Positions 20,930 through 31,011 of a stretch of DNA of 64,000 nucleotides are shown in pieces. The stretch comes from an uncultured cyanobacterium. Its GTDB lineage: Bacteria; Cyanobacteriota; Cyanobacteriia; Cyanobacteriales; Nostocaceae. The position numbers were made by a program, and so were the translations under genes. The notes under the pieces were generated by a model. The model saw only the letters and a list, made by a program, of their open reading frames with translations. It searched no databases and was not told the origin of the DNA. The stretch lies in the NCBI GenBank assembly GCA_963740315.1, contig CAVUDP010000001.1, forward strand, positions 864,001 through 928,000. The letters are read 5' to 3'. Each line of letters opens with the position of its first letter. Positions within the stretch are counted from its first letter, which is position 1.

Positions 20930-21982
20930 ATGCTGCTGCTAATTAAAAAACTTGGTGGTTGGAGCAAGCAAAAATTTTCATGGCTGTGGGAAAGTAACAG
21001 CGGAGATTGGCCCTGGTTGGCTGAGAAACCAATGCAAATTGCGGGACTTAACCGTGGTTTGTGGAGGGGTGCGGTTCCTTCAACCAGCTTTTATGTTTTG
21101 CTTTCACTATCTGGAGTAATTGCAACTTTCGGACTTTTAGCAAACAGCGCAGCAACCATTATCGGCGCGATGATCGTTGCACCTTTGATGGGACCGATAA
21201 TTGCGATCGCCTATAGTATAGTGGCAGGAAACCAACGTCTTTTAAAGCGTTCGGTTTTTACTTTAATTAAAGGTGTTTTATTAACTGTTGTTATCTCAAT
21301 TGTAATTGCCAAACTAGTCGGGATTAGAACTTTAGGTTCGGAAATCGGGGGAAGAGTCAGTCCCACTTTACTCGACATGGGAGTAGCTTTAGCAGCAGGT
21401 GCGGCTGGAGCTTATGCAAAATCGCGTAAAAGCATTTCTGATGCATTACCCGGAGTTGCGATCGCGGTTGCTTTAGTTCCACCTTTAAGCGTCGTTGGTA
21501 TTGGATTGGCGATGAATTCACAGTCGGTTGCCGTAGGTTCTAGTCTGCTGTTTTTAGCTAACTTAACCGGGATTATTTTTAGTGGTGCAATAGTATTTTT
21601 ATCACAAGGTTACGGTTCCTTAATCAAGGCTCGTCAGGGTTTGACCGTATCGATTATATCAGTAATTCTGCTGGGTTTACCTCTAACTTTTTCGTTACAA
21701 ACATTACTGGTTCAAGAACAAGCTCGCCGCCAAATTTCCTATTTACTCTACAATAAAACTCAAACTTTTTCTAATACCAAGATTAGAAGCATTAAAGTAC
21801 GGCGAGGAGAAGGAGAGCAACTTTTTGTTGATATGGAAGTAGCCGCTCCTTTTGGTTCGATTACACAGAAACAAATGAGCGAAGTTCATAATTTTTTACA
21901 ATCAGAATTGAAAAGACCAATAAATTTTCAAGTTCAAATAATTCCAACTCAACAATATGCACTTCCAGCTTCTAAAATTTAG
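20930..21982 (+). CDS. DUF389 / TIGR00341-like membrane protein
   Basis: IIGAMIVAPLMGPI, PGVAIAVALVPPL; start moved downstream of the MITE. Confidence 0.9.
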   Translation: MLLLIKKLGGWSKQKFSWLWESNSGDWPWLAEKPMQIAGLNRGLWRGAVPSTSFYVLLSLSGVIATFGLLANSAATIIGAMIVAPLMGPIIAIAYSIVAGNQRLLKRSVFTLIKGVLLTVVISIVIAKLVGIRTLGSEIGGRVSPTLLDMGVALAAGAAGAYAKSRKSISDALPGVAIAVALVPPLSVVGIGLAMNSQSVAVGSSLLFLANLTGIIFSGAIVFLSQGYGSLIKARQGLTVSIISVILLGLPLTFSLQTLLVQEQARRQISYLLYNKTQTFSNTKIRSIKVRRGEGEQLFVDMEVAAPFGSITQKQMSEVHNFLQSELKRPINFQVQIIPTQQYALPASKI

Positions 21983-22101
21983 AATATAATTTAGTTGAAA
22001 TTTTGCCGCAATTACCTATTAAGTTAATAATTATAGGTTTATTTATTATTTGCAATTTCACCGAAAGCTGATGATAGAATAAACAGAAAGGAGGGTTTTT
22101 G

Positions 22102-22719
22102 ATGGCGAAAAGGAAAATTTTAGAGGAAGGTAGAGATTATACTTTTCGTTCTTATTTTGAATTAGCTTACGAACCCGATGAAATTTTAGCTGAATTTGAC
22201 TATACGCTGATTATAAAAGAACTAACCTTACCTAAAACTACTCAAGAATTACAGCGAACGTTAGAATTGAAGCAAAGAATTAGAGATATTTTACCTTTTG
22301 TAAGTTTAAGCAATGAAACTGCAAGGAGAGAAACCTTGGTATCACCTTTGCTTTTAGAGGTGATTCGCTATTGTGAATGCAAAATGCGAATCGAATATCC
22401 GCTCAGAGTCAGCAATATATTAAAAGGTCATTTAGATTATTTATTACAATTAAAAAATCAATTTTTAGTTATTGAAGCGGAAAACGACGATTTAACTAGA
22501 GGTTTTACTCAATTAGCGGTTGAATTAATTGCTTTATCGCAAGTTGAAGAACAAGATATTTATTATGGTGCGGTGACGATTGGTGATGTGTGGAGATTTG
22601 GAAAATTAGATAGAATTCAACAGATAATAACTCAAGATATTAATTTATTTAAAGTTCCTGATGATTTGGATGATTTAGCAAAAGTAATTGTGGGAATTTT
22701 GCAAGGGGTAGAAGTTTAA
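22102..22719 (+). CDS. Cyanobacterial PD-(D/E)XK restriction-endonuclease-like protein
   Basis: NETARRE, GHLDY, VIEAE, FTQLAVEL, YGAVTIGDVWRFG. Confidence 0.65.
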   Translation: MAKRKILEEGRDYTFRSYFELAYEPDEILAEFDYTLIIKELTLPKTTQELQRTLELKQRIRDILPFVSLSNETARRETLVSPLLLEVIRYCECKMRIEYPLRVSNILKGHLDYLLQLKNQFLVIEAENDDLTRGFTQLAVELIALSQVEEQDIYYGAVTIGDVWRFGKLDRIQQIITQDINLFKVPDDLDDLAKVIVGILQGVEV

Positions 22720-22803
22720 GCTCATCCCTCTCGTTGACAAGGAGAGGGGAAAGGGGTGAGGTTTCCTGAAGTGTAGTTTATTTAAACGAAAACCCCTATA
22801 TCA

Positions 22804-22857
22804 TTAAAGTAATTGAAAAGCTTTTTTAAGGATTGTATTCAATATTTTGATATACTC
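22804..22857 (-). pseudogene. Possible 3' remnant of a PemK/MazF-type toxin gene
   Basis: Reads EYIKILNTILKKAFQLL* directly after the stop of the 77-aa gene; no start codon. Confidence 0.35.
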
Positions 22858-23091
22858 TTAAATCGCTTCTCCGTCCATAATTCTATATATATTTGGTTCA
22901 TCATTAAGAAATTCCAATGAACCACCACTTTCCACAAGATGAACAAATTCGTTGTTTGAAGGATATGGAATATTGCTAAGTAGTTTTGATTGTAATAAAG
23001 CTTGCTCTGCTGGAGAAAGAGAAAGAATCACTTGTACTAAAGATTCTACCAATTGTGTATTTAGTGGTTGATTTATGTTGAAGTTTGTCAT
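22858..23091 (-). CDS. Small hypothetical protein, antitoxin-like
   Basis: NTQLVESLVQVILSLS N-terminus; GGSLEFLNDEPNIY..DGEAI tail typical of TA-associated cyanobacterial proteins. Confidence 0.55.
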   Translation of the reverse strand: MTNFNINQPLNTQLVESLVQVILSLSPAEQALLQSKLLSNIPYPSNNEFVHLVESGGSLEFLNDEPNIYRIMDGEAI

Positions 23092-23267
23092 ATTGATTTT
23101 GATTTAATTCTAAATAATATAATTATCGTATTTAAGTTTTTTCTTTGCTGAGATTATTCTTCCACTAAATCTCAAATTAAATCTGGATGGTGCGTTACGG
23201 CTATTTAAATTATTGATTAAAAACAAAATTAACCGTAGCCGTAATGCACCCTACAAAAGACTACAAA

Positions 23268-24353
23268 CTAAACCAAATCAGGAAATACTGACTGTACGGC
23301 TGGATGCGCGATTTTATGGCAATCTACATTTAATCCTTTAGCTAATGCTGGATTATTAACTAATGCTTTTATTCCTTCATTCGCTAACTGCCGCACGTAA
23401 GGTAATGTACTATTATTTAATGCTTGAGTTGCAGTCCAAGGTACGGCACCGGGCATATTCGGAACGCCGTAATGTACTACTCCAAGTTCCGTATAAACTG
23501 GATTTGTATGGGATGTCGTGCGTAAAGTCTCAATACATCCACCTTGATCGACTGCAACGTCTACAATTACCGCACCGGGCTTCATTTTTTTAACCAATTC
23601 GCGAGATACTAGAATAGGCGCTCGTCTTCCTAAGACTAAAACTGCACCAATTAATAAGTCTGCTTGAGGAACTGATTCTTCAATATGGGCGGAATTACTG
23701 TAAAGCAGTTCAACTCTAGAACCGAATAAGGTTTCTAAATAAGATAAGCGTTCGACGTTAATATCTAAAATTTGTACTGTAGCACCCATACCGACGGCGA
23801 TTTTCGCGGCTTCGGTACCGACAACACCACCACCTAAAATTACCACTTTACCGGGCTTGACTCCGGGAACTCCACCTAAAAGTACCCCCCTACCACCTTG
23901 TTGACTTTCAAGGTACCTAGCACCAAACTGCACCGAAAGACGACCCGCAATTATACTCATCGGGGTAAGTAAAGGTAATTTATTCGCACCCGCTTGCTCT
24001 ACAGTTTCGTAAGCGATCGCCGTAACGCCACAGTCTATTAAATGTTCGGTTAATTTTCTATTTGCTGCTAAATGTAAATAAGTAAATAGTAATTGCCCTT
24101 TCTGCAAAAATTTATACTCGGATTCTAAAGGTTCTTTAACTTTGACAATTAATTCACGATTCCAAACATCTGATGCGGTGCCAATTGTTGCCCCCGCGCT
24201 TACGTAATCATCATCTGTAAATCCAGCACCAGCACCAGAAGAAGTTTCGACAAAGATATTATGACCTGCTTCTTTTAAAACCCTGACGCTAGAAGGACTT
24301 AACCCCACTCGAAACTCTCTATCTTTTGTTTCCTTGGGAACGCCGATTTCCAT
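23268..24353 (-). CDS. ald: Alanine dehydrogenase
   Basis: MEIGVPKE, VKVKEP, FTYLHLA, GGGVVG, DVAVDQGG, VPNMPGAVP. Confidence 0.97.
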   Translation of the reverse strand: MEIGVPKETKDREFRVGLSPSSVRVLKEAGHNIFVETSSGAGAGFTDDDYVSAGATIGTASDVWNRELIVKVKEPLESEYKFLQKGQLLFTYLHLAANRKLTEHLIDCGVTAIAYETVEQAGANKLPLLTPMSIIAGRLSVQFGARYLESQQGGRGVLLGGVPGVKPGKVVILGGGVVGTEAAKIAVGMGATVQILDINVERLSYLETLFGSRVELLYSNSAHIEESVPQADLLIGAVLVLGRRAPILVSRELVKKMKPGAVIVDVAVDQGGCIETLRTTSHTNPVYTELGVVHYGVPNMPGAVPWTATQALNNSTLPYVRQLANEGIKALVNNPALAKGLNVDCHKIAHPAVQSVFPDLV

Positions 24354-24531
24354 ATACTTCCCCTAAATAGAATTACTGCTTTAATGTTGCTTTAACTGTA
24401 GTGTGTCAATTCAATGGCAGGCATGTTGAATTAAATATTACCAATTTGATCTTAAATTCCTTAAATTCTTCAAATAACCCTCCCCATTGGGTTTTTAACT
24501 ATCGTATGAAGCTTGTTACGTTATATAAAAA

Positions 24532-24549
24532 ATAGTAAAATTTTGTAAA
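24532..24549 (-). promoter_or_regulatory. Putative HLR1 (RpaB) site upstream of hli
   Basis: TTTACAAA-AT-TTTACTAT resembles the (G/T)TTACAWW-N2 direct repeat. Confidence 0.5.
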
Positions 24550-24649
24550 TAAGTGTTCATATTACCTTGATTTTGAACAATTAAAGGTAGAAGTACGCTT
24601 ATCGGCATCTAGTTAAACAAGTTCGCTTTTATTAAAGGAGGTATTTTCA

Positions 24650-24826
24650 ATGACAGTACAACAGCCACAACCAACGACTACACCCAAATTAGAAGAACCA
24701 AAATTAGGCTTTAATGAATATGCAGAACGTTTAAATGGTAGAGCAGCGATGATTGGCTTCATGATTATGGTGATAATTGAATGCATAACCGATCGCGGAG
24801 TTTTAGCATGGTTGGGATTGAGATAA
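24650..24826 (+). CDS. hli: High-light-inducible protein (HLIP/SCP), 58 aa; absent from the ORF track
   Basis: MTVQQPQPTTTPKLEEPKLGFNEYAERLNGRAAMIGF...WLGLR; strong AAGGAGG RBS. Confidence 0.95.
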   Translation: MTVQQPQPTTTPKLEEPKLGFNEYAERLNGRAAMIGFMIMVIIECITDRGVLAWLGLR

Positions 24827-25195
24827 TTTTTTAAGAGGGAGTAGGGAGTAGGGAATAAGTCAAAGATATTTTGATGCTGCTCAGAAGTAGGGTTTTTATA
24901 AAATTTGTAAGTGTATTACAGATACGTATTCTAAAAACCCGACTTCTCAACCGAATATTTCCTATTCCCTATTCCCCATATTTTTAAGAGTGTTGTTCTA
25001 AACTTGCAATTCAATATAAAGACAAGAGATAATAACTAAACTTAGAAATTCTAAATTTTGAATAAAGTTAGGGAATACCTTACTTGCCTGTTGAATAAAT
25101 TTATAATAGTATTAATGCTTTGATATAAAGCGCTTATAACGCATTATCGCTATATTAGTAAACTTATACTAAAGGGTAACTGAAAAAACGCTGTT

Positions 25196-25492
25196 ATGAA
25201 TGCTGTATTTCCTCGCATTGTAAAATCAGCCTACCGCAAAGAACCACTAATCACCATATTAATCACGATGGGAATAGTGGATGCGCTAATTGGTGGATTG
25301 GATGACAGTTGGGCATTGTTTATTTTTGGCTTAGGAACTGCTGGAGGAGCCTTAATACTAAGGTGGTGGCGGATTCAGCAACGCCCATACGATCGAAATG
25401 AAGAACCTGTAAAACAATTATACTTGCCAATGCATTCTTCAAAATCGGCTTTACCAATGCTGAGTATTTCTAAGAAAAAGCCGCCGCAATAA
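25196..25492 (+). CDS. Conserved cyanobacterial small membrane protein
   Basis: AYRKEP, two TM helices, LPMLS tail. Confidence 0.75.
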   Translation: MNAVFPRIVKSAYRKEPLITILITMGIVDALIGGLDDSWALFIFGLGTAGGALILRWWRIQQRPYDRNEEPVKQLYLPMHSSKSALPMLSISKKKPPQ

Positions 25493-25493
25493 G

Positions 25494-25542
25494 AGGTTAA
25501 AGGTTAAAGGTTAAAGGTTAAAGGTTAAAGGTTAAAGGTTAA
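25494..25542. repeat. Heptamer STRR (AAAGGTT)n
   Basis: About 7 tandem copies. Confidence 0.95.
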
Positions 25543-25749
25543 ATAAAATACAAAAATAATATTGAGACGTTGCTACCCCCGCGCCGAGAGGGAATGCAAC
25601 GTCTCAAGCATTTTTGGGAATAAAATATCAACGATCGCAAAAATTTATCTATTGGCAAACTTTATTGGACAAGGCAAAATAGATTTTAAGGAGGGTGTAT
25701 TCCCTACTTCGTGCTTTTTAAGGGTATTTGCCCACAAAATATATAATTT

Positions 25750-26853
25750 ATGAAAAGTTATTGCGATAATTTTATAAAGTTTAAATTTACTACTAAAGTA
25801 TTACTAGCGAAATTGAGTGCGGTATTAATAAGCTCTGCAAGTGTTGTGGGGATTACTGAGTTAGCATTAGCTAAGCCTGTCATTATACGAGTTAATGGGG
25901 GTTCTATTGCAGCTAATAATTTTGCCAATCCTGAGTTAGAGCATACTTTTAAAGGGCATAAAGGAGCGGTTAAATCTTTAGCTTTTAGTCCTGATGGTAG
26001 AATGCTTGTCAGTGGTGGTTCTAACAGCGATGGTATTATTCGTTTATGGAATGTCGAAAAAAATAAACGCTTGGGTGAGATTAGTAAAGCGCATCAAGAA
26101 TCGATACAATCGGTGTTAATTTCACCAGACGGTAGACATTTAGTTAGCTCTAGCACTGACAATACCGTTAATATTTGGAGTTTAGAAAACTATAAATTTA
26201 TCCGTAGTTTTAGGGGACATAGCAGTAACGTACTATCCTTGGCGGTGACTCCAAACAGTAAAATTCTCGTCAGCGGTGGTTTAGATGGAATCCGCGTATG
26301 GGATTTATTACAACAACGTCCTTTGGCGACATTAGCAACCTTTGATAATTTGATTCACGCGGTAGCTATTAGCCCCGACGGTAGGATATTGGCAAGTGGG
26401 GATAATAAAGGAATTGTCAAACTATGGGATTTAGAAAGCGGAAGATTAATTCGCGGATTTAAAGTTCACGATCGGCAAGTAAACGCTCTAGCCTTTACCC
26501 CAAATGGCGATAGCGTTATTACAGCTAGTAGCGATCGCACTATCAAGATGTGGAATTACAACACCGGAGAAGTGCTGCAAACCTTCGCGGGGCACAATAA
26601 TTCAGTAATTGCGATCGCGGTGAATCCAGACGGACAAACTCTTGCTAGTGGTGGTAAAGACGGGATTAAAATCTGGGATTTGAATACGGGTAATTTATTA
26701 AATTCACTTTACGGACATTCAGACTGGGTAAGTTCCCTTGCTTTTAGCCCAGACGGAAAAACGCTTGCTAGCGGCAGCTTTGATAAAACGGTTCGTCTTT
26801 GGGGAAATCAACCGCCAACATTAAATGCAAGTTTAAAAACGAAACTGAAATAA
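25750..26853 (+). CDS. WD40 repeat protein with a signal-like N-terminus
   Basis: Seven GH..V.S.AFSPDG..LASG..D..I.LW repeats. Confidence 0.95.
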   Translation: MKSYCDNFIKFKFTTKVLLAKLSAVLISSASVVGITELALAKPVIIRVNGGSIAANNFANPELEHTFKGHKGAVKSLAFSPDGRMLVSGGSNSDGIIRLWNVEKNKRLGEISKAHQESIQSVLISPDGRHLVSSSTDNTVNIWSLENYKFIRSFRGHSSNVLSLAVTPNSKILVSGGLDGIRVWDLLQQRPLATLATFDNLIHAVAISPDGRILASGDNKGIVKLWDLESGRLIRGFKVHDRQVNALAFTPNGDSVITASSDRTIKMWNYNTGEVLQTFAGHNNSVIAIAVNPDGQTLASGGKDGIKIWDLNTGNLLNSLYGHSDWVSSLAFSPDGKTLASGSFDKTVRLWGNQPPTLNASLKTKLK

Positions 26854-26855
26854 GG

Positions 26856-27087
26856 CTTAAATAAGGTTCGTAGTAAGAACTTTAGTTCTCTTAATTTAAG
26901 GACTAAACCATTGACTACAAACCAATTACTTCTTATAAATTGAATTAATCGCAAGCACCATTAAAAATGAAACTTAAATAAGGTTCGTAGTCAGAACTTT
27001 AGTTCTCTTAATTTAAGGACGCGCATTCCTTACTACAAACCTATTATTATTTATAAATTGAATTAATGGGAAGCACGATTAAAAATT
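26856..27087. repeat. ~117-bp imperfect tandem duplication (REP + 3' end of kinase gene)
   Basis: CTTAAATAAGGTTCGTAGT starts at 26856 and again at 26973. Confidence 0.8.
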
Positions 27088-28807
27088 CCGTGCCTTTTCC
27101 AGGTGCTGAATTACAGGTAAGTTGTCCGCGATGTTTTTCTACTACAATTTGATGGCTGATGGATAATCCCAATCCGGTACCTTTGCCAACTTCTTTAGTT
27201 GTGAAAAATGGATCGAATAACTTGGAAAGCACCTCTTCTGTCATTCCCGGACCATTATCAGAAATAGCGATCGATACCCATTTATTATCTATAATTTTAG
27301 TGCGAATACGAATTTTAAAAGGTTTGAAAATATCTTTTTTTGTATCTTCTGCTGCCCATCCTCTATGACCTATTTGTTCGTGTAAAGCATCAATTGCATT
27401 AGCAAGAATATTCATAAATACTTGGTTTAGTTGTCCGGGATAGCAGTTTATTTGTGGTAAATTTCCATATTCTTTGATTACTTCAATATTTGGATGACTA
27501 GATTGAGCTTTTAAACGACTTTGTAAAATCATTAAAGTACTATCAATACCCAAATGAATATCAACTAGTTTAATTTCGGCTTCGTCTAAGCGAGAAAAAA
27601 TTCTCAAAGATTTAACAATGTCTTGAATGCGTTGAGTTCCTACTTTCATCGACTGAATAATTTTAAGAAAGTCTTCCTTGATAAAATCTAATTCATCAAC
27701 GTCAATTTCCTGCTGAATTTCTTCTGGATAATTAGAATATTGCTGTTGATATCCTATTAGTTTGAGTAAAGTTTGGCTGTATTGTTCCACGTAGTCAAGA
27801 TTTGCATGAACAAAGTTAACAGGATTATTTATTTCATGAGCAATACCTGCAACTAGTTGACCTAAACTAGACATTTTTTCATTGTGAACCAGTTGAATTT
27901 GGGTTTTCTTTAACTGACTCAAAGTTTGTTCGAGATTAGTTATTGCGGTTTCTAAGCGATCTGACTGAGTTATGGTAGATTGTTCCGAAACGTCCAATAA
28001 TTGATTTAATGTGCCAACTTGCGATTTAAAACGCTGTAAAAGATTATCTTCGTTTAGATAATTTTTATTAACTCCGCTAAAAACGCGATCGTCAAAAGGG
28101 AGAATTGCGGTTTTAACATTTAAAGCTAAAGGGCGGATTGATTCTACAATTGTTTGCGGAACAGTTACTCTTAAAAACATCAGAACTGCAAACATATCTC
28201 CCGAAGGTAATAACCCCCCAAATCCAATTACCGATTTGACTCCAAACGGAATTACAAATGATGTTTGGGAAGGAATATAAGGACTATTCAAAGCATCGGG
28301 AACGTAAAAAACATTGTACATCCGCTGTTCGAGATCGATCGATAAATTAGGATCGGGTTGCAATACCATTTCTGGATTTAATCCAAGTTGTTTAACTAAT
28401 TGCGAAATCATTGGTATGCGATGTATGGTATCTTCATTTACAAGCGGAATTGCTTTATGTCCCACAGATTTATAGCGAGAATTCCATTCGGGAAGTTCAC
28501 CCGCAGTAGCAAGTAAAGTTAAGCATTTTAATTTGTCTTTTAAACTGTCTGCAACTGGATTATTTTCTAACATATCCCGCGCATATTCTTGCAATTCAGG
28601 AGTTAATTTTTCATAGGCATGAGTTTTAAAAAAACGTACAAGAATGCAGCTTTTTTCTCCAGTATTCTTATCAATTAGATGTTCGTAAAAATGTTTGATA
28701 ATTAAATCGCTAGCAACTTCCATGCAATCGGCTTTTTCGGTAATCTGACGTAGAGCTAAACCACATTCAGACATATCTCTAAGAGTAAATTTAGTTAAGT
28801 CGTACAT
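27047..28807 (-). CDS. Sensor histidine kinase with uncharacterised N-terminal domain
   Basis: EKMSSLGQLVAGIAHEINNP, LNQVFMNILANAIDA, DNGPG, FFTTK, GTGLGL. Confidence 0.93.
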   Translation of the reverse strand: MYDLTKFTLRDMSECGLALRQITEKADCMEVASDLIIKHFYEHLIDKNTGEKSCILVRFFKTHAYEKLTPELQEYARDMLENNPVADSLKDKLKCLTLLATAGELPEWNSRYKSVGHKAIPLVNEDTIHRIPMISQLVKQLGLNPEMVLQPDPNLSIDLEQRMYNVFYVPDALNSPYIPSQTSFVIPFGVKSVIGFGGLLPSGDMFAVLMFLRVTVPQTIVESIRPLALNVKTAILPFDDRVFSGVNKNYLNEDNLLQRFKSQVGTLNQLLDVSEQSTITQSDRLETAITNLEQTLSQLKKTQIQLVHNEKMSSLGQLVAGIAHEINNPVNFVHANLDYVEQYSQTLLKLIGYQQQYSNYPEEIQQEIDVDELDFIKEDFLKIIQSMKVGTQRIQDIVKSLRIFSRLDEAEIKLVDIHLGIDSTLMILQSRLKAQSSHPNIEVIKEYGNLPQINCYPGQLNQVFMNILANAIDALHEQIGHRGWAAEDTKKDIFKPFKIRIRTKIIDNKWVSIAISDNGPGMTEEVLSKLFDPFFTTKEVGKGTGLGLSISHQIVVEKHRGQLTCNSAPGKGTEFLIVLPINSIYK

Positions 28808-29031
28808 AATATGTAGATTTCTTCCCTGGATTAAAATCGATAAAATACCACTGATAAGCAGATAAGCTTTAAAATCTCCGCATCTCAAGCTTATTTTTCC
28901 CTATTTTGGGGATTTTCTATCAAAATCGAAATAATTTATCGGAATGGCTGCAATAGTTATTGAAAATAGTCGCGTAGTTCAAGAAGTATAGTATGTTTAA
29001 CTACGATAGCTTTTAATTAGGTTTAATAGAA

Positions 29032-29829
29032 ATGAATTTATCAGGAAGAAGTACTGCAATTTCCTCAGAATACATACCCCGTAAATATCAGTTTTTCGAT
29101 AGTAATAACGTCTTAGATACAGAATGGCGAATTAATGGAATGCCAGAAAATGTAATATCTGGAAAAAGACGTTTATTGTCATGGCATGAATGCGGCGCAT
29201 CAACAGCAAAAGTTATTTTACCCCCGAATTTTGTAGCCCCATCTGGTATATTCAGCGCCGATTTAGAAATTTTTATCCTCAAAGGTGCAATTAAAATTGG
29301 AGAATGGCAGTTAAATAAACATTGTTATTCTTTTATTCCCGCAGGTGTAAAAGTTGGTGATTGGAAAGTTATCGGAAATGAGGAAGCAGTAATCTTATGG
29401 ATGGAAAATGGTTCAGTTGATTTTGATTATCAAAATGTCAAAGATAACCATCCAGATGCAATATTGAGTGAATTTATTCCAGCACTAGATAGTAAATTAC
29501 TACCGTGGGGAAAGTCAGATACCGCTCAATTTGTGCAAGCGAATAAAAAGTGGTTAAGAAAAGATAGTAACGGTGGTGGAGTCTGGCTACTCGCCGTTTT
29601 ACCTCATTATGACGGCAGATATCAAATGATTCAATCTTATAATGAAGAAGCTTATGGTTTGGCTGGGTACGTTGACATAGGAAATTTCTGTTTTGCAAAA
29701 GATAGCTTTGGCTATACTCCTAGTTTTAGTACTGTTCCCATACATAAAAGTGAAGATGGTGGGTTATTTTTCGTTAGAATTGATAGAGATTTATCAAAAC
29801 CAGGAACCGTTTTATCATATGCAAATTAA
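29032..29829 (+). CDS. DUF4437-like cupin-fold protein
   Basis: Two cupin-like halves (LEIFILKG..IG; EEAYGLAG..IG). Confidence 0.55.
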   Translation: MNLSGRSTAISSEYIPRKYQFFDSNNVLDTEWRINGMPENVISGKRRLLSWHECGASTAKVILPPNFVAPSGIFSADLEIFILKGAIKIGEWQLNKHCYSFIPAGVKVGDWKVIGNEEAVILWMENGSVDFDYQNVKDNHPDAILSEFIPALDSKLLPWGKSDTAQFVQANKKWLRKDSNGGGVWLLAVLPHYDGRYQMIQSYNEEAYGLAGYVDIGNFCFAKDSFGYTPSFSTVPIHKSEDGGLFFVRIDRDLSKPGTVLSYAN

Positions 29830-29850
29830 ACTCCTATCTTAAATAAAAAA

Positions 29851-30864
29851 ATGAATTTATATTATAAAAAAATTATCCTCAAACAATTTGCTGAAGACTT
29901 CAAATCCGCAATTGAAATTGTAGAAAAAACCATACCCAAACCAGCAGCCAACGAAATATTAATTCGCAACAAATATGCTGGAATCAACGCCGGTTTTGAC
30001 ATTTTAGCTTGTTGCGATCGCATCCCCTACGTTAACTTAACTCTTCCTTTTGATTTAGGTGTAGAAGCGGTAGGAGAAGTAATAGAAATAGGAGAAAATA
30101 TTGAAAATAAAAATAAAGATCTACAAGTAGGTGATGCTGTAGTAACTACTGTACGGGGAGGTTATTGCGAATACCGTACAATTGAAGCGAAGCTTGTGGT
30201 TAAAGTTCGTGAAGCAACGCCGGAAGTCTTAACATTAATGCCTACTGGTGTTTCAGCTTTGATAGCTTTAGAACAAGTAGGAGAAATGAAAAGCAATGAA
30301 GTTGTATTAATTACAGCAGCGGCGGGAGGTACGGGACATATCGCGGTACAATTAGCGAAGTTAGCAGGTAATCATGTCATCGGTACCTGTGGAAGTGAAG
30401 CGAAAGTAGAATTATTAAAAACATTGGGATGCGATAGAGTCATTAACTATCGGCAAGAAGATATAAATCGAGTTCTTAAGCAAGAATATCCTCAAGGAAT
30501 CAACCTCGTTTTTGAATGCGTCGGCAAACAGCTTTTCGATACTTGCGTAGATAACTTAGCAATTCGAGGGCGTTTAATAGTAGTAGGCAGCATTTCCGAA
30601 TACGCTCAAAATGCCGAACAAATATTGCAACCCCGTATCTACCACAAACTAATGTGGAAAGCAGCATCAGTACGCGGATTTCTTAATCCCTTGTATGCAG
30701 AATATATAGACGAAGCACAAAATAAACTATTAAATTTGTTCTACAACAATAAAATTAAAGTCGCAGTTGACTCAACCCAATTTAACGGCATAGAATCCAT
30801 CCCCACAGCAATTGAACACTTACTTAGCGGTAAGAATTGCGGTAAAGTTGTTGTTAGATTTTAA
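29851..30864 (+). CDS. MDR-family NADPH oxidoreductase (ZADH2/PTGR3-like)
   Basis: YAGINA, LGVEAVG, TAAAGGTGHIAVQLAK, GKVVV. Confidence 0.88.
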   Translation: MNLYYKKIILKQFAEDFKSAIEIVEKTIPKPAANEILIRNKYAGINAGFDILACCDRIPYVNLTLPFDLGVEAVGEVIEIGENIENKNKDLQVGDAVVTTVRGGYCEYRTIEAKLVVKVREATPEVLTLMPTGVSALIALEQVGEMKSNEVVLITAAAGGTGHIAVQLAKLAGNHVIGTCGSEAKVELLKTLGCDRVINYRQEDINRVLKQEYPQGINLVFECVGKQLFDTCVDNLAIRGRLIVVGSISEYAQNAEQILQPRIYHKLMWKAASVRGFLNPLYAEYIDEAQNKLLNLFYNNKIKVAVDSTQFNGIESIPTAIEHLLSGKNCGKVVVRF

Positions 30865-31011
30865 CAACGGATGCATTTGTTTTGGATTTTAAATTGAAGG
30901 CGATCGGTTAGGAATTGAGAGTTATGATTTGGGAATTAGAACTAGTAATTTATAAAACTCTTACCTTTAACCTTTAACCTTTAACCTGATTAACCTTTAA
31001 CCTAATTAACT

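Noticed and set aside
28991..29004. NtcA site GTA-N8-TAC
   Set aside because: Lacks the TGTA/TACA flanks; such matches are common by chance in AT-rich DNA
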